Translations under genes and position numbers: made by a program
Shown here: positions 15,645 to 27,620 of the stretch, one piece after another
How positions within the stretch are numbered: position 1 is the stretch's first letter
Layout of the letters: every line of letters starts with the position of its first letter
NCBI RefSeq assembly: GCF_009914755.1
Contig: NC_060934.1
Length of the DNA: 64,000 bases
Reading direction: 5' to 3' (one strand)
Origin: the human T2T-CHM13v2.0 reference genome, Homo sapiens
Notes under the pieces: model-generated
Told to the model about the DNA's origin: nothing
Database searches by the model: none
The model's input: the letters and a program-made list of their open reading frames with translations, nothing else

Positions 15645-16000
15645 ATATTGTTCAGAACCCTTGGATTGCAAGTGACAGAAACTCAATTCAAACCAACGTA
15701 AGTCAAAAGGAAAATATATTGGCTCATGTAACCTTCTCACAGAGAGGGCAGGATGGAAGGGGCTTTGGGAACAAGAGAATTGTTCTCAAATTCTAGGAAT
15801 ACTAGGATTAGTCCAGGATGGGTCACCTTCCTGTCCCTGAGGTGGTGGTAGCGATGGTAGAGTCTTATGGGAGGAAAGAGTGCATGTTAGGATGAAGGTA
15901 GGGCTAAGCAAACAAGGGCAAGGGCCACTATATCATGCTAAAAATGGTTTTTTTTGATGTCTTCCTTAATTTCACAAATGCTTCCAACAAAGTAGCACAC
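15645..16000 (-). mobile_element. Old MaLR LTR fragment (MLT1J/K-like)
   Basis: TTGGATTGCAAGTGACAGAAACTCAATTCAAACC...TATTGGCTCATGTAAC is the reverse of the MLT1J/K 3' end; right boundary uncertain. Confidence 0.55.
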
Positions 16001-18609
16001 AGGAAAAAGAACATAGGGACTCTACTGGTGGGTGCTTTTATCTTAAGCCTTGTACTTGCTTTTCACAGCTTACTCACTGCTTGTACCTGAGGCCATATGC
16101 CCTGTAAAAGCTTCTGCAGGGTTTCTACTAAGCTGGGTTCCTTATATGGCTCTCTCCCATTTCTGTTGCCTCACTCTAGTGATCTTTCTCTTTTCCTCAC
16201 CTCTGGGACTGGTGGCTGTTTGTATGGACTGCCTTAGCTTTGCTTTGGGTTTTTTCCTGGGGACAATGTCTTCAGATTATCCTAGACCAAATAAACTACA
16301 GCCACTGGGCCAGGCTCTTCCTCCTCCAACTGGACCATGTTCCCAGGGCTCTTCACCTTAGTTTAGGTCAAGCATTCTTGGCAAAAGAAAGGCCTAGTTA
16401 ACAATAGACATTCTAGCAATTGATTCTTTTTGACATGTTGTAAGATCTATTCACATTTTGTAATTAAAGCATTCCCCTATGGAAACCAACACGAACTAAG
16501 CTGCTCCTGGAATGCAGGGTGGCCTCCTCAATACAGGATGTTCTAGAGAGCTGTATTTTGGGCACTTAACTATTCTCCACTACTTAGGGCACAGCACTGA
16601 AATTAACACCACTAAGTTTGTCATGTCCATGTAGTTAGTCTCAGGCAGTGCAGCCTCAGGAGTGGAACTGACCTCTTATGTGTGTCCAGCCTTTCTTCCT
16701 TCAGAAGTCAGCTGTGTTTTCTGCTGACTCTCCATAGGAACATCAGTCCTGAATCCTCAGACCACCATCTGGAGTAGTAAGTGCTCCTGACAGTCCTAGA
16801 AGTTGTCTACCGCTGGATCTCCAAAGCGTGTGACACACCGTGAGAGAGAAATGAGAAAGCTGGGCTCTTCAGGTAAATCTTGCTTTTTCACAAGCCCCCT
16901 AATTTTACTGCATAATTATTTTGAATTCACTGATAATTTCTACAATTTTCCCATAAGTCATCTACACACAATACCCTCTCATGCAACACTTGGCTTTGCT
17001 AATACATATCTATTATGAGAGCTGTGCTTCTTAAGCGTAAATGTTTTATATGCACTAAGGCTCTTGGCTTACATATAAAAGGGGTATTGAGCAATGTGAT
17101 ACAGAAGTCTTTTCTCCACAGGTCTCATATGTAAAGAATTCGTTAGATTGGCTGAAATAGACTGATCTGTCCATTTCTCTGCTCACTTATCATAAGGAAG
17201 TCATTAGCTAAGGAACAAAAACTACAATCTATGTAATTAGAAGAACAAGCTGGTTTTGCTCAATATAAAAATAAGAAAAAGAAACCATGTGAAAGTCAAA
17301 ATATTTGTTTAATCAGGTCATTGAGAATCTATTAAAAAGTATTTGAATTCTTTATGATGAGAACTATCTTGACTCAAGTGGACAGTGGTGAGCTTTTTGG
17401 CCTGTGGTCCCTACGTAGAAAGGAGGCTTTGTCATAAAGTCTTATATGGTACAGGTGCCAAGTTAAGTGCCCAAGCTTGCTCTTAAAAGCATACTGGATT
17501 TTGTTTTAGACTTTTAGTGAACTGAAGGGAATAAACAAATCCCTCTGGGAGAACTTCTCCTCCATCCTTGGTGAAGTCATTCTGCCAGAATTCTATCTGG
17601 TAGTTACCTTCTCCGATTCATTAAATGTTGTCCCATGGTCCGACATGGGTAATTTTTCTCTCATTTGTGATTAGTTCCACTACAAGGAATTAAATATTCA
17701 ACTTCTTGCCTTCTGGGATATACTCAGCCTTATCACAGAGCTCCTCCAGGGAAGGAACTTAGATTCTTTGAAGAACTTCCCTGCTCTTACCCAAACCGAT
17801 TCAGTTGTTAATTCTGTCCACCTTGCTCCATTTTCAGTGCAGGAGAAAAAGCATTTGTGGCAAGTCTGACCTTACAAAGGCTCGTTAATGCTCAATAACT
17901 GTGAGGACCTGCTATAAGTCATGCCTTTTAAGAAAAAATACACACATGCACACACTCACAACAAGACTGCAACACAACTGTGATGGCAGCTTGCATATTG
18001 AACCAGCTGTTTCCCTAAAACATTTGATTCGGCATCCTTTCTAGACAGTAAATGCAAAAGACTTAGGTTGGAAAAGTGCATTAGGTTTTGATTAACGATT
18101 GGATGAGGGCCAGTTAAATTTTTAAATCTGAATGAGCTTGCTGACTCAGGAGCCTTAGCAGCATAATGGACAGACAGTCCTCAAAGCTTTCATTAAAAGG
18201 GTTTCTGGTAACTGATGTCTAGAGAAATGAGTTGAAATACAATTCACTGAACCACTCAGCTTTCATCTAAAACAGAATATGTAATCTCAAAGAACTCAAC
18301 TGGTCTCTTGAAATATTCAGGTAAAATTAAATGTAAAGAAGCTAGAGCTTAAATATTTTGAGGAAAGGAAGCCTCCTGTAGCTTTGTGACTATATCACTT
18401 TATCCTTTTGAATGCCGTATTTAATTATGTTAATTGCATTTTAAGTATAGCTGGAGTCACCGATCTGCTGAAAACAAACTCTAGAATGGTTTGTGGGAGG
18501 TGCTCAGGATGTATCAGAGACTGATTTGATTTGCATTTTATTTTTAACTTTAGTTCCTCTCTGAACTCTGCCTTCTCATGTTTGTTTTTTTTGTTGTTGT
18601 TGCTTAATA

Positions 18610-18946
18610 CAGTCATGTGCCACCTAATGACAGGGATATGTTCTGAGAAATGCATTATTAGGTGATTTTGCCATTGTGCAAACATCACAGTGTACTTACA
18701 CAAACCTAGATGGCATAGCCTACTACACACGTCTGCTATATGGTAGAGCCTATTGCTTCCAGACTACAAACCTGTATAGCATGTTACTGTACTAACTACT
18801 GTAGGCAGTTGTAACACTGGTATTTGTGTATCTAAACCTATCTAAACATAGAAAAGGTACAATAAAAATACAGTATTATAATCTTATGGGACCACTGCTA
18901 TATATGCAGTCCATCATTGACTGAAACATTATGTGGTGCATGACTA
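18610..18946. mobile_element. Tigger3/GOLEM (MER7-type) TcMar MITE
   Basis: TIRs CAGTCATGTGCCAC / GTGGTGCATGACTA with TA flanks; internal TTCTGAGAAATGCAT...ACACAAACCTAGATGG. Confidence 0.9.
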
Positions 18947-19275
18947 TAATAGGATCAAACTATGCCTTTGCAGAAATCCCCCTGGAAAGCCTCTGAAACT
19001 ACCCTGATCTTAGAGGCAGTTTTATAAATCATGGCCAATGATTCTCAGCCTTTGGGTTGTGCCAGAGATGTGTCCGCTCTCCTTTTGCAATGACCCTAGA
19101 GGTAAAGGTGCTCTTTCTTCTTCTGCTTCTCATGAAAAAATGTAAATGTTGTATTTTAGCTTCTTTTCCCAGTCTAGTAATATCTTGTTAAATTTACAAG
19201 ATTGTAGCGGTGCCTCCAAAAGGGGATAGCAATAGTTACTTTGAAAATGGGTGAGTTCTTTGCAACCATCTCTGA

Positions 19276-19820
<545 letters not shown>

Positions 19821-19844
19821 AGCCATATATGTTCTATATGACTC

Positions 19845-19935
19845 TTTCTGAGACAATAGCTGATTAGAACAGTGATTAGAACTGTGATTTCTGAGACAAT
19901 AGCTGATTTCTGAGACAATAGCTGATTAGAACAGT
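19845..19935. repeat. Compound local repeat of a 19-mer (A) and a 12-mer (B), order A-B-B-A-A-B
   Basis: A=TTTCTGAGACAATAGCTGA x3 exact; B=TTAGAAC(A/T)GTGA x2 plus a 10-nt partial. Confidence 0.95.
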
Positions 19936-19939
19936 TGCC

Positions 19940-20330
19940 ACGAGCTGGACCAATCATATTAATATTCTCTATCTCTCTCTTTTGCTCTCGAAATCTCAAA
20001 TTGAGATTCAGAAACAGCTATGTAGTCTCTGTTTGTGGCTAGAACTGTAACATATGAACCCAGAGCTAGAGAGATGCAATATTCTATCAAGCAGAGAGAG
20101 AAGCAGAGGAAGCCGGTCGGCACAGACGGAATGCAGTAGCACACAGAGAGAAGCAGACACTCGGAGATGTCTGACACCTTTCTGCTTAGATTCCAGTCAG
20201 TTCAGAGGCCCAGACGCATTCCTGTCTGGAAGCATTCTGATCCTGTTTTGTAAATCAACAATAAATCCCTTGCCACCCTCTTTGCGTGTTAGCTTAAGTT
20301 GTCTTGCTCTTAAAAATCTAAAGAGTTCTA
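19940..20330 (+). mobile_element. Ancient MaLR/ERVL-type LTR (MLT1L/N-like)
   Basis: GAGCTGGACCAATCA, GA-rich middle, TTCCAGTC...GAGGCCCAG, AATAAATCCCTT near the end; diverged. Confidence 0.5.
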
Positions 20331-20349
20331 AATGATATGAAATGTCTGT

Positions 20350-20570
20350 TATACAGAAAGTAGAATGACAATTGCCAGGGGCTGAGAGGAGAGGGAAATG
20401 GAAAATTGCTCAATGGTTATAGTTTTAGCTTTGCAAGAGGAAAAAGTTGTGGATATTGGTGGCACAACAATGCGAATATACTTACCACTACTGAGCTCTA
20501 TGCTTAGATACGGTTAAGATGGTAAATTTTATGTTATGTATATTTTATCGCTGTTTTTAAAAAAGTTTAA
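20350..20570 (+). mobile_element. L1MB 3' end fragment
   Basis: ACAGAAAGTAGAATG...TTGCCAGGGGCTG...GGTTAAGATGGTAAATTTTATGTTATGTATATTTTA. Confidence 0.85.
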
Positions 20571-20619
20571 AATAGCCTGTTGTAGTCAGCTTCCTTGTCT
20601 TCCTTACTACTGCAGCCAT

Positions 20620-21290
20620 ATTCAGGTCTCCATGGCCCAAGGTATGGACAACTGTAGTCACCAAACTGGTCTCCCCACTTCCACCCCTTGGAATTTGGTC
20701 CCCAGCAATCTACCCTACATGCATGGAGCAATCAATATTACCCATAAAGCACTAACGCTGTGCTGTACTCCAAAATGCAAACCTTCATGGTGTCCCATTG
20801 AATTCAGGATCAAGTTCATACTCCCCAGCTTGTCATACAGGACCCAGTGATCCTTTCCAACCTTCTGACCTACTGATTCCCAGTAGGAAGCAAACCCTAG
20901 CAAGACTGGTCTGCCTCATCCCAGAACAGTACTTACTCATGCTGTTTCCTTGCCATGATTACCTTCCTTCTCCTCACCACATCTTATCTTTCTTTCACTT
21001 GATCTTAGTCCAAATGCCGAGAAGCAATCTTATCTTACTTTCAAAGCCCAGGTTCAGACCCATCAATTCTATAAAACATTTCTGACCACACTAGTCCTCC
21101 ATGGACATTTATTTGAATTGAACTTCTTAGCATTTAAATATACACAGTTTCTTATTCATCTGTCTTGTTCTTCTGCTAGTTTATAAATTGCTTGATTATA
21201 GAACATGAGCTTGATAATCTTTGATTTTTCCTGGATACTGTGTTCTTGCTAGGCTGTTAATAATGCTTGTTGAATGAAATGAGAAATGAA
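20620..21290 (+). mobile_element. L2 3' region
   Basis: AACTGGTCTCCCCACTTCCACC, AAACCTTCATGGTGTCCCATTG...ATCAAGTTC, terminal TTGTTGAATGAAATGA. Confidence 0.7.
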
Positions 21291-21462
21291 GAACGGCTGC
21301 TTTACCAGTTTGTCTCTTCTGCCAACTTTTTTACATGGATTTTACACGTCAACTTTTTTACACAATGATTAAATATACCTAATTTGATCATCCCAACAAC
21401 ACTAGTAAATATATATGATCATTATCCTCATACTACAGATGAGGAAACACAGGCACACATCG

Positions 21463-21760
21463 TTTGTTTGTTTTTTTTTTTGAGACGGAGTCTTGCTCTG
21501 TTGCCCAGGCTGGAGTACAGTAGCACGATCTTGGCTCACTGCAACCTCTGCTCCTGGGTTCAGGCCATTCTCCTGCCTCAGCCTCCCGAGTAGCTGGGAC
21601 TACAGGCATGTGCCACAATGCCTGGCTAATTTTTGTACTTTCAGTAGAGATGGGGTTTCACTATGTTGGCCAGGCTGATCTCGAACTCCTGACCTGATGA
21701 TCTGCCTGCTTCGGACTCCCAAAGTGCTGGGATTACAAGCATGAACCACTGTGCTGGGCC
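21463..21760 (-). mobile_element. AluS inserted into a reverse-strand MIR (~21385-21875)
   Basis: Reverse Alu; TSD-like AGGCACACATCGTT / AAGCACACATAGTT; MIR core ACAGATGAGGAAACACAGGCAC to the left. Confidence 0.92.
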
Positions 21761-22001
21761 AAGCACACATAGTTAAATAACTTGCAAAAAAAAAAAATCG
21801 TATCTATTTGTAGGAGGCAGAGTCGTGATTCTGAGCTGAATCTATTTGGCTCCTAAGCTTATGCTTTTTCTACAGTATCACCACATATCCCATACTCTAT
21901 TGTTATTGTTGGCTTTATTGCCTGTTTTTCCTGTGAATTTTAACCTTCCCAAAAGCAGGAATCTTATCTCAGTATATCACAGAGAATCACTAAGTATCTA
22001 T

Positions 22002-22201
22002 AGAGGAAAGGAAGGAGAGAAGGAAAGAAGAAAAGGAAGAAGGAAAGGAGGGAAGAAAGGAAGAAGGAAAGGAGGGAAGAAAGGAAGGAAGGAAGGAGGG
22101 AAGGCAAGAGGGCAGGAAGACAGAAAAGAAGGAAGGAAGAAGGAAGGAAGGGAGGGAGGAAGGAAAGAAGGGAGGGAGGGAGGGACGGATAGGAGGGCAG
22201 A
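22002..22201. repeat. GA-rich polypurine low-complexity tract
   Basis: ~200 bp of GGAA/GGGA/GAA units with very few pyrimidines. Confidence 0.95.
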
Positions 22202-25200
22202 AACTCTGGAAAGGAGCTTGTCTTACTCCTAAGCTTGGTAAAGATCAGTCTTGCAAGGGGCTTGACTAGAAAACACTGGCTTATCTCACTGAACCATATT
22301 CCCAATGTCATTGACTCCTTTCCCCTGGGGAGTAATTCAACCATGTGTTCACTGTATGGATCAGAGTTGATGATGAATATTCTCTTGCCTCAGTCTCTTT
22401 CGGCCAGAGTTCCTTGGCTTCCAGCCTGCTCCTTGCTTGTTTTGAACGAATAATATATGACTTTCCTTCTTAACTGGCAAATGCTGAACTGTGGCCTCTC
22501 TTAACCCTCAAGTCTCCCGATAAAAAGCAAAATATTAGATTCGCTGACCAGCGCTACTCCTTACCCCGGCTGATTTCACATGAAGAGCTATATATGGGGT
22601 GGTAACATAGGTTTAAGGATGGATGTGCATATAACTCCTGGATACCGTTCCTGAAAATATACTATTGGGGATTATTTCTTTGGTTGAAGAGTCCCTTCAC
22701 TACCACATGTCAGTCCCCTTACCTATAAAATGGGAACCTTAGGGTTGTTATAAGGATTAAATGAGTTAATGTGTATAATGTGCTTAGCACAGTACCTGCC
22801 ACTCAATGCTATTATTGTTGTTGTTGTTGTTATTATTGGTAGTAGTAGTAGCAGTAGTTGTTGTATGAAGATGCATGATTTCCTGGGAAAGGTAGCACAT
22901 TAAGGCAGGATCAGTCATGAGTTACCTCAAGCAGATTAATTTACTAGCCCTTTCATGCTATTTCCCAAAGGGATGGTTTATCAAGTTGAGGAAGATGTAG
23001 ATGTGATTTATGATGGATTTGAGGTTAGTACTGTGTATCCAGGTTGTGTGTGAGAAGACAAGAAGGAACTGAGGGCACAGCTGTACTGAGGAAGAACTCT
23101 GGTTTGCAAGGTACATAAGCTAATTCAGACGAGTTTAAACCATAGGAGATTTTGTTACAAAGGCACTAGGTAACTGCAGGGACCAGGGAGCAGGGTGTCC
23201 ACTCTCATTCCAGATTCTTTTGAATTCTGTATATTTTATTCTCTTTCCACAAACAGACTTTCTATCGACGGTGGTGATGATAACCAATAACATTTCCTTC
23301 AGTCTCACCCTTGTAGCTCGGTGACCAAAAATGCAAAGCTGCTGCTTCTCCAGCTTCAAAATTTAATAAGAATCACAGGGCAGAACATTTATTGGCTAGG
23401 CCTGAGTTGCATGTCTAACCTTGGAGAACTCACTTTGAATAGGGGAATTCAGAACTAGGATTGGTGGCTCCACAAATCTCACAAAAATGGAGCAAAGTAG
23501 GAACTCATCAAACAGAAATCAATAGATCTCCACTGGCTTTATAGTACGTGGTTCTGGGAATCCAGATATTCAGAGCCTAGGTGAACCTGAACATTTCCCT
23601 TTAGGCAGATGGAAATCCACGTTCTTCTAGCTAAAATTTTTCCATTCTCTTTGAGGGGAGTTTCCATGGAGAGGCTAGCTTTGTGGGAGAGAGTGGGAAG
23701 AAACAACTCATGCTGTTTTTCATTGGGGACCATTCTTATTGCTACTTTAGTCCAGTCCTGCCCACGGATCACACATTATTCCTTACTCTTGTTGCTTCTG
23801 GGCTTTTTCTTTTTCCTTTGCATGCTGCTTATATTCCCTTCCCTAAAAGCTACTCTATTAAGAGGGAGATTAGGCAAGTAGGCTGGTTTGATTATGTGCT
23901 GGTTTAACCCATAATCACATACCTCAAAAAGAAAATGTCAGACACACTATAATAGCTCCAGATACAAAACATGAAGTACGAAGACCTCTTCAGAAAACTG
24001 CAGGCTTGCTACTCACCCACAGACAAATAGAGCTGATTCTATTAGAACAGTGAGGAAAGAACACAGTAAAGAATGGCATTTAAGATCAATTGTGGCAATG
24101 TCTAATTTTGTCTGGGAAGACCATGGCAGTGAGGGATGCAAAGGGATGACATCAAGTTTTCAGAACAGTGCCTATATGTTTAGGACGAAGAGTTAAATAA
24201 TGAGAGAAAACAAATGCAATACAATTTCATTGGCTACCTGGTTAGACCTAGCATGAACTGTGTCTGTGATGGTGCTATTAATTTGTGATGGAGACATTGG
24301 ATATTGTCTTTCCCTATTTGGTAAGAGCTTGATTCAGGTAGAGAGAAACAATAATTATTTTACAGTGTACAAAGCACTTTCTTATACGATATATTATTTT
24401 CATCCTCCCAACTAGTTTGATAGGCAGTAATATTATTCCCATTTCACAGAGGGGGAAACCTGGGTTAGGGCCCAGGAACTTGGCTGGTGAGTTTGGAAAG
24501 CTTGAATAGCAATGATTATAATCTTGGTGCACAGAAGCAGCCAGTGAAATTCTGAAATGCATATTTCTGTTCTCTACTTCCAGAGGGTCTGATTGAGTTA
24601 GCTTGGGGAAGGGCCTAAGAAATGGAATCTTTTTTATTCACACCAGGTGATTTTGAAGCATGGGGTCTACTGAGTATGCTTATGAAACATTAACTTTAGG
24701 TCCTAGGCACTGGCTTAGTTGACTGTGAGAAACTGAAGCACAAAATTGTGTGACCAAGTTCTTTCTGAGCCTCAGTTTCCTCACCTGAAAAATGAATGAT
24801 GATGATAAAAATAACTAGGCTCCATGCCAAGTGATTTACATATTTCCCCTCAAATCATCTTTCTTACAAACCTAGGAGGTCGGAGGCATTGTTGTTCCTA
24901 TGCTATGGGACTCAAACCCAAATCATTTCTACTCACTCTTCCTTTCATAATTGTCAGGAAGATTAGACATAGAAAGTATCTAGCACATATTCCTGATGTT
25001 GAAGGAATAGCAGCAGCTGTTATAACTACTACTAAAACTGACAATACTGACCATACAGCCACCACTAAAATGCTGGGGTTGAATTCAGATAATCTCTAAG
25101 GTTCTTCCCAGCTCCACCATACCCTGATTTCAGCATTTCAAATATATGCTGTATTTGGGGGGGGGGGTTCCTAGAAAGAGTGTGGCAGTAACTGAACTCA

Positions 25201-26149
25201 ACTATACAAAAGACCGAATTCTTCCTTTAGTTGGAGATTTATTGATTTTTGTAAGTGAGTTTATAGACAAAAACGAGGAAGATACAGAGAAAAAAGAGAA
25301 GAATTACTGTGCTTTGATAGTAGGGCTATGGGTGATTATTTTATTTTTAAAATTTTATTTTTTATACATTAATGTGGTTTCTATAACAAACACAAATTTA
25401 GAATAAAAGTAAGATATTTCTCTTGTGCTTCCAATTTACCATATACTTCTTAAATGTATTTGTATCATAATCATCAGCTGTAAGTTTACTATTAAAAAAA
25501 ATCAACAAAAGAACAATATCAGAGCTAAAGGACTTCAGGCCTGATGAACCTAAGTCTAGTTTCTGTGCTCACTAGCCTTGGCTTATCCCAAAATATTAAA
25601 AGTAAAATATGATCCAATCTGCATCTCTTGCACATGTCATGTTTTGTAAATAGAAAGTTCTTGGAACAATCTGTAACATCGTTGAAGTACTTCATTCAAT
25701 TCTTGGGCATTAAATTTTATCTTCTGTTCCTGCCTCATATCATTAAACAGTACCTTCACCTACATTGCAGTCAACTATGGAGGACTAATGCTCTATTTTT
25801 TTTATGTTGAACATGAAGCATAAACATGTACAGCTCTGAACCTGAGTTTTCCTTGCTTTAGAAATAAGAGGTGTTGATGAAAGAGGAAATCCCTGAGACT
25901 CTGTAAACCTTACCTGCAGGTATGAGAATACAATCTGTGTTTTATTTATTGTATTCTTTAGCAAAATTATAGTAAAATTAGTATTTTTCTTTTCATTTGC
26001 TCTCGAATTATCCTTTAGTTAACAGAGTGAACTTGTATGTCCATATTTTGGGTTTAAAGAACATGGTTACTGTAGCAAAGAAGGGGCTAGCCCATGTATT
26101 AAGGTCCTGGATTATACTGTTGCTCACAGGAGAGCATGGGTTTGAAGAT

Positions 26150-26390
26150 GAGGCTGCATAGTAAAGTAGGTAAAAGTTTGGACCTTGGGGCCAAACTGCC
26201 TAAGCTCAAATCATGGTCCTGCCACTACTCTCTGTGCGACCTTTAGCAAGTTACTTAATCCTTGTAGACCTCTGATTTGGTCTCTTCAAAATAGGGATAG
26301 CAATAATGCCTGTCTTATAGAGACATTGTGAGGATTCAATGAATTGATATTTGTAGAAGAATATTGAGTTGGTTTTGCTAGAAGATATTA
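26150..26390 (+). mobile_element. MIR
   Basis: TCAAATCATGGTCCTGCCACTACT...GCGACCTTTAGCAAGTTACTTAATC...GTGAGGATTCAATGA. Confidence 0.8.
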
Positions 26391-26439
26391 AGTGCGCAGT
26401 CTTTCTAAAATAACTAAATGCTACAAAAAGCAAAATAGC

Positions 26440-27620
26440 CATTCTGCAAAGAGCAGTGATTGAAGCAGGAAAAATGCCTGCCCTCATAAAGCTTACATTA
26501 TAAGGAGAGAAAAATAAGCAAAACAAACTACGTGGTATATATGTAAAATAAAAATAAAGAGGGGGAAGCATGGGGTGGGGCAGATATTGCAGTTATAAAT
26601 AGAATGGTCATTGGAGGCTTTATTGAAAAGGGGACATTTGAGCAAAGTCTTCAAGGGGGTATGGAAGTGAGCCATGTGAGTATTTTGGTGTAGGGAAGGA
26701 AAAACATCCTTCTACCCTCTTAGGTTTGGTGGCTAACCTAAGAATTAAAACAACATAGATTAACAAGAGAAAAGCATGCACATTTATTTAATGTTTTTAT
26801 GTATACATGGGAGTCCTCAGAGAAAAATGAAGACCCAAAGAAGACTTTATGCCCCAAAGCTTATATACATTTTTTACACAAAGAATGATAAACTGTGGAG
26901 ATGTGACAAGACAAAAGGCCTTGGGCTAGAAGCAGTAAATTGTGGGAGTAAGGGATATACAGGCGAAACTAGTGGAAAATGAGGATGATTTTAGTTTTTT
27001 TTTACAGGTCCATTTCGATGATAACTCCAGTCATCTCTGGTGATACTATTCTTCTCTTCCTGGCACAAGGAGGGCACCTTTCTCATGGGAAATTTTATGA
27101 CCTGCTTTTTGGTAGAAAGGGGAAGTCTGAGAGCTCTTCCTGCCCCTAGTGTTTCTCAAGCGCCTTCAGCTCAAAATAATCATTATGCCAAAGTGGCATA
27201 TTTTGAGGTGGCATGTTCTGAGCCATTTCATGGGGTAAGGATATTCCAGGCTGAAGGAACTGGGAATGCAAAGGCCCTTAGACAGGAACATGCCTGGTAT
27301 ATTCAAGAGACATCTGGGAAGCCAAGGTAATGAATGACAGCAGAGCATGAGGGTGTGGGTGGCAGGAGATGAGGAGATGGTACAGGAGGCACAAATCAGG
27401 CAGCATGTTATTGATCACCGGCAGAGCTCCAGGTTTCATTCCATTCTGAGTGACATGAACGGCCATCAAAGGTGTTTGAGTAGAGGAGTGACTGTGTTTA
27501 GAATGGACTGCAGGGGAATAAGGGTAGAAGCGGGAAGACCAGTTAGAAACTGTTAGAGATGATAGTGGCTTAGACCTGAGTGACAGCAGTAGAATAGGTA
27601 AGAGATGGATTATGAGTGTG
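26440..27620 (-). mobile_element. L2 fragment interrupted by a MER34 LTR
   Basis: CCTGCCCTCATAAAGCTTACATT, GGACATTTGAGCAAAG, ATTCCAGGCTGAAGGAAC...TGCAAAGGCCCT, AGACCAGTTAGAAACTGTT. Confidence 0.8.
26689..27230 (-). mobile_element. MER34-family ERV1 solo LTR
   Basis: Minus strand reads TGAAATGGCTCAGAACATGCCACCTCAAAATATGCCACTTTGGCATAATGATTATTTTGAGCTGAAGGC...; TG..CA ends. Confidence 0.85.

Noticed and set aside
19845-19935. Repeat-spacer appearance suggesting a CRISPR-like array
   Set aside because: Eukaryotic context, no unique spacers, adjacent repeats abut, no cas genes.
21846-22344. 128-aa and 126-aa ORFs over the GA tract
   Set aside because: Low-complexity translations of a simple repeat.
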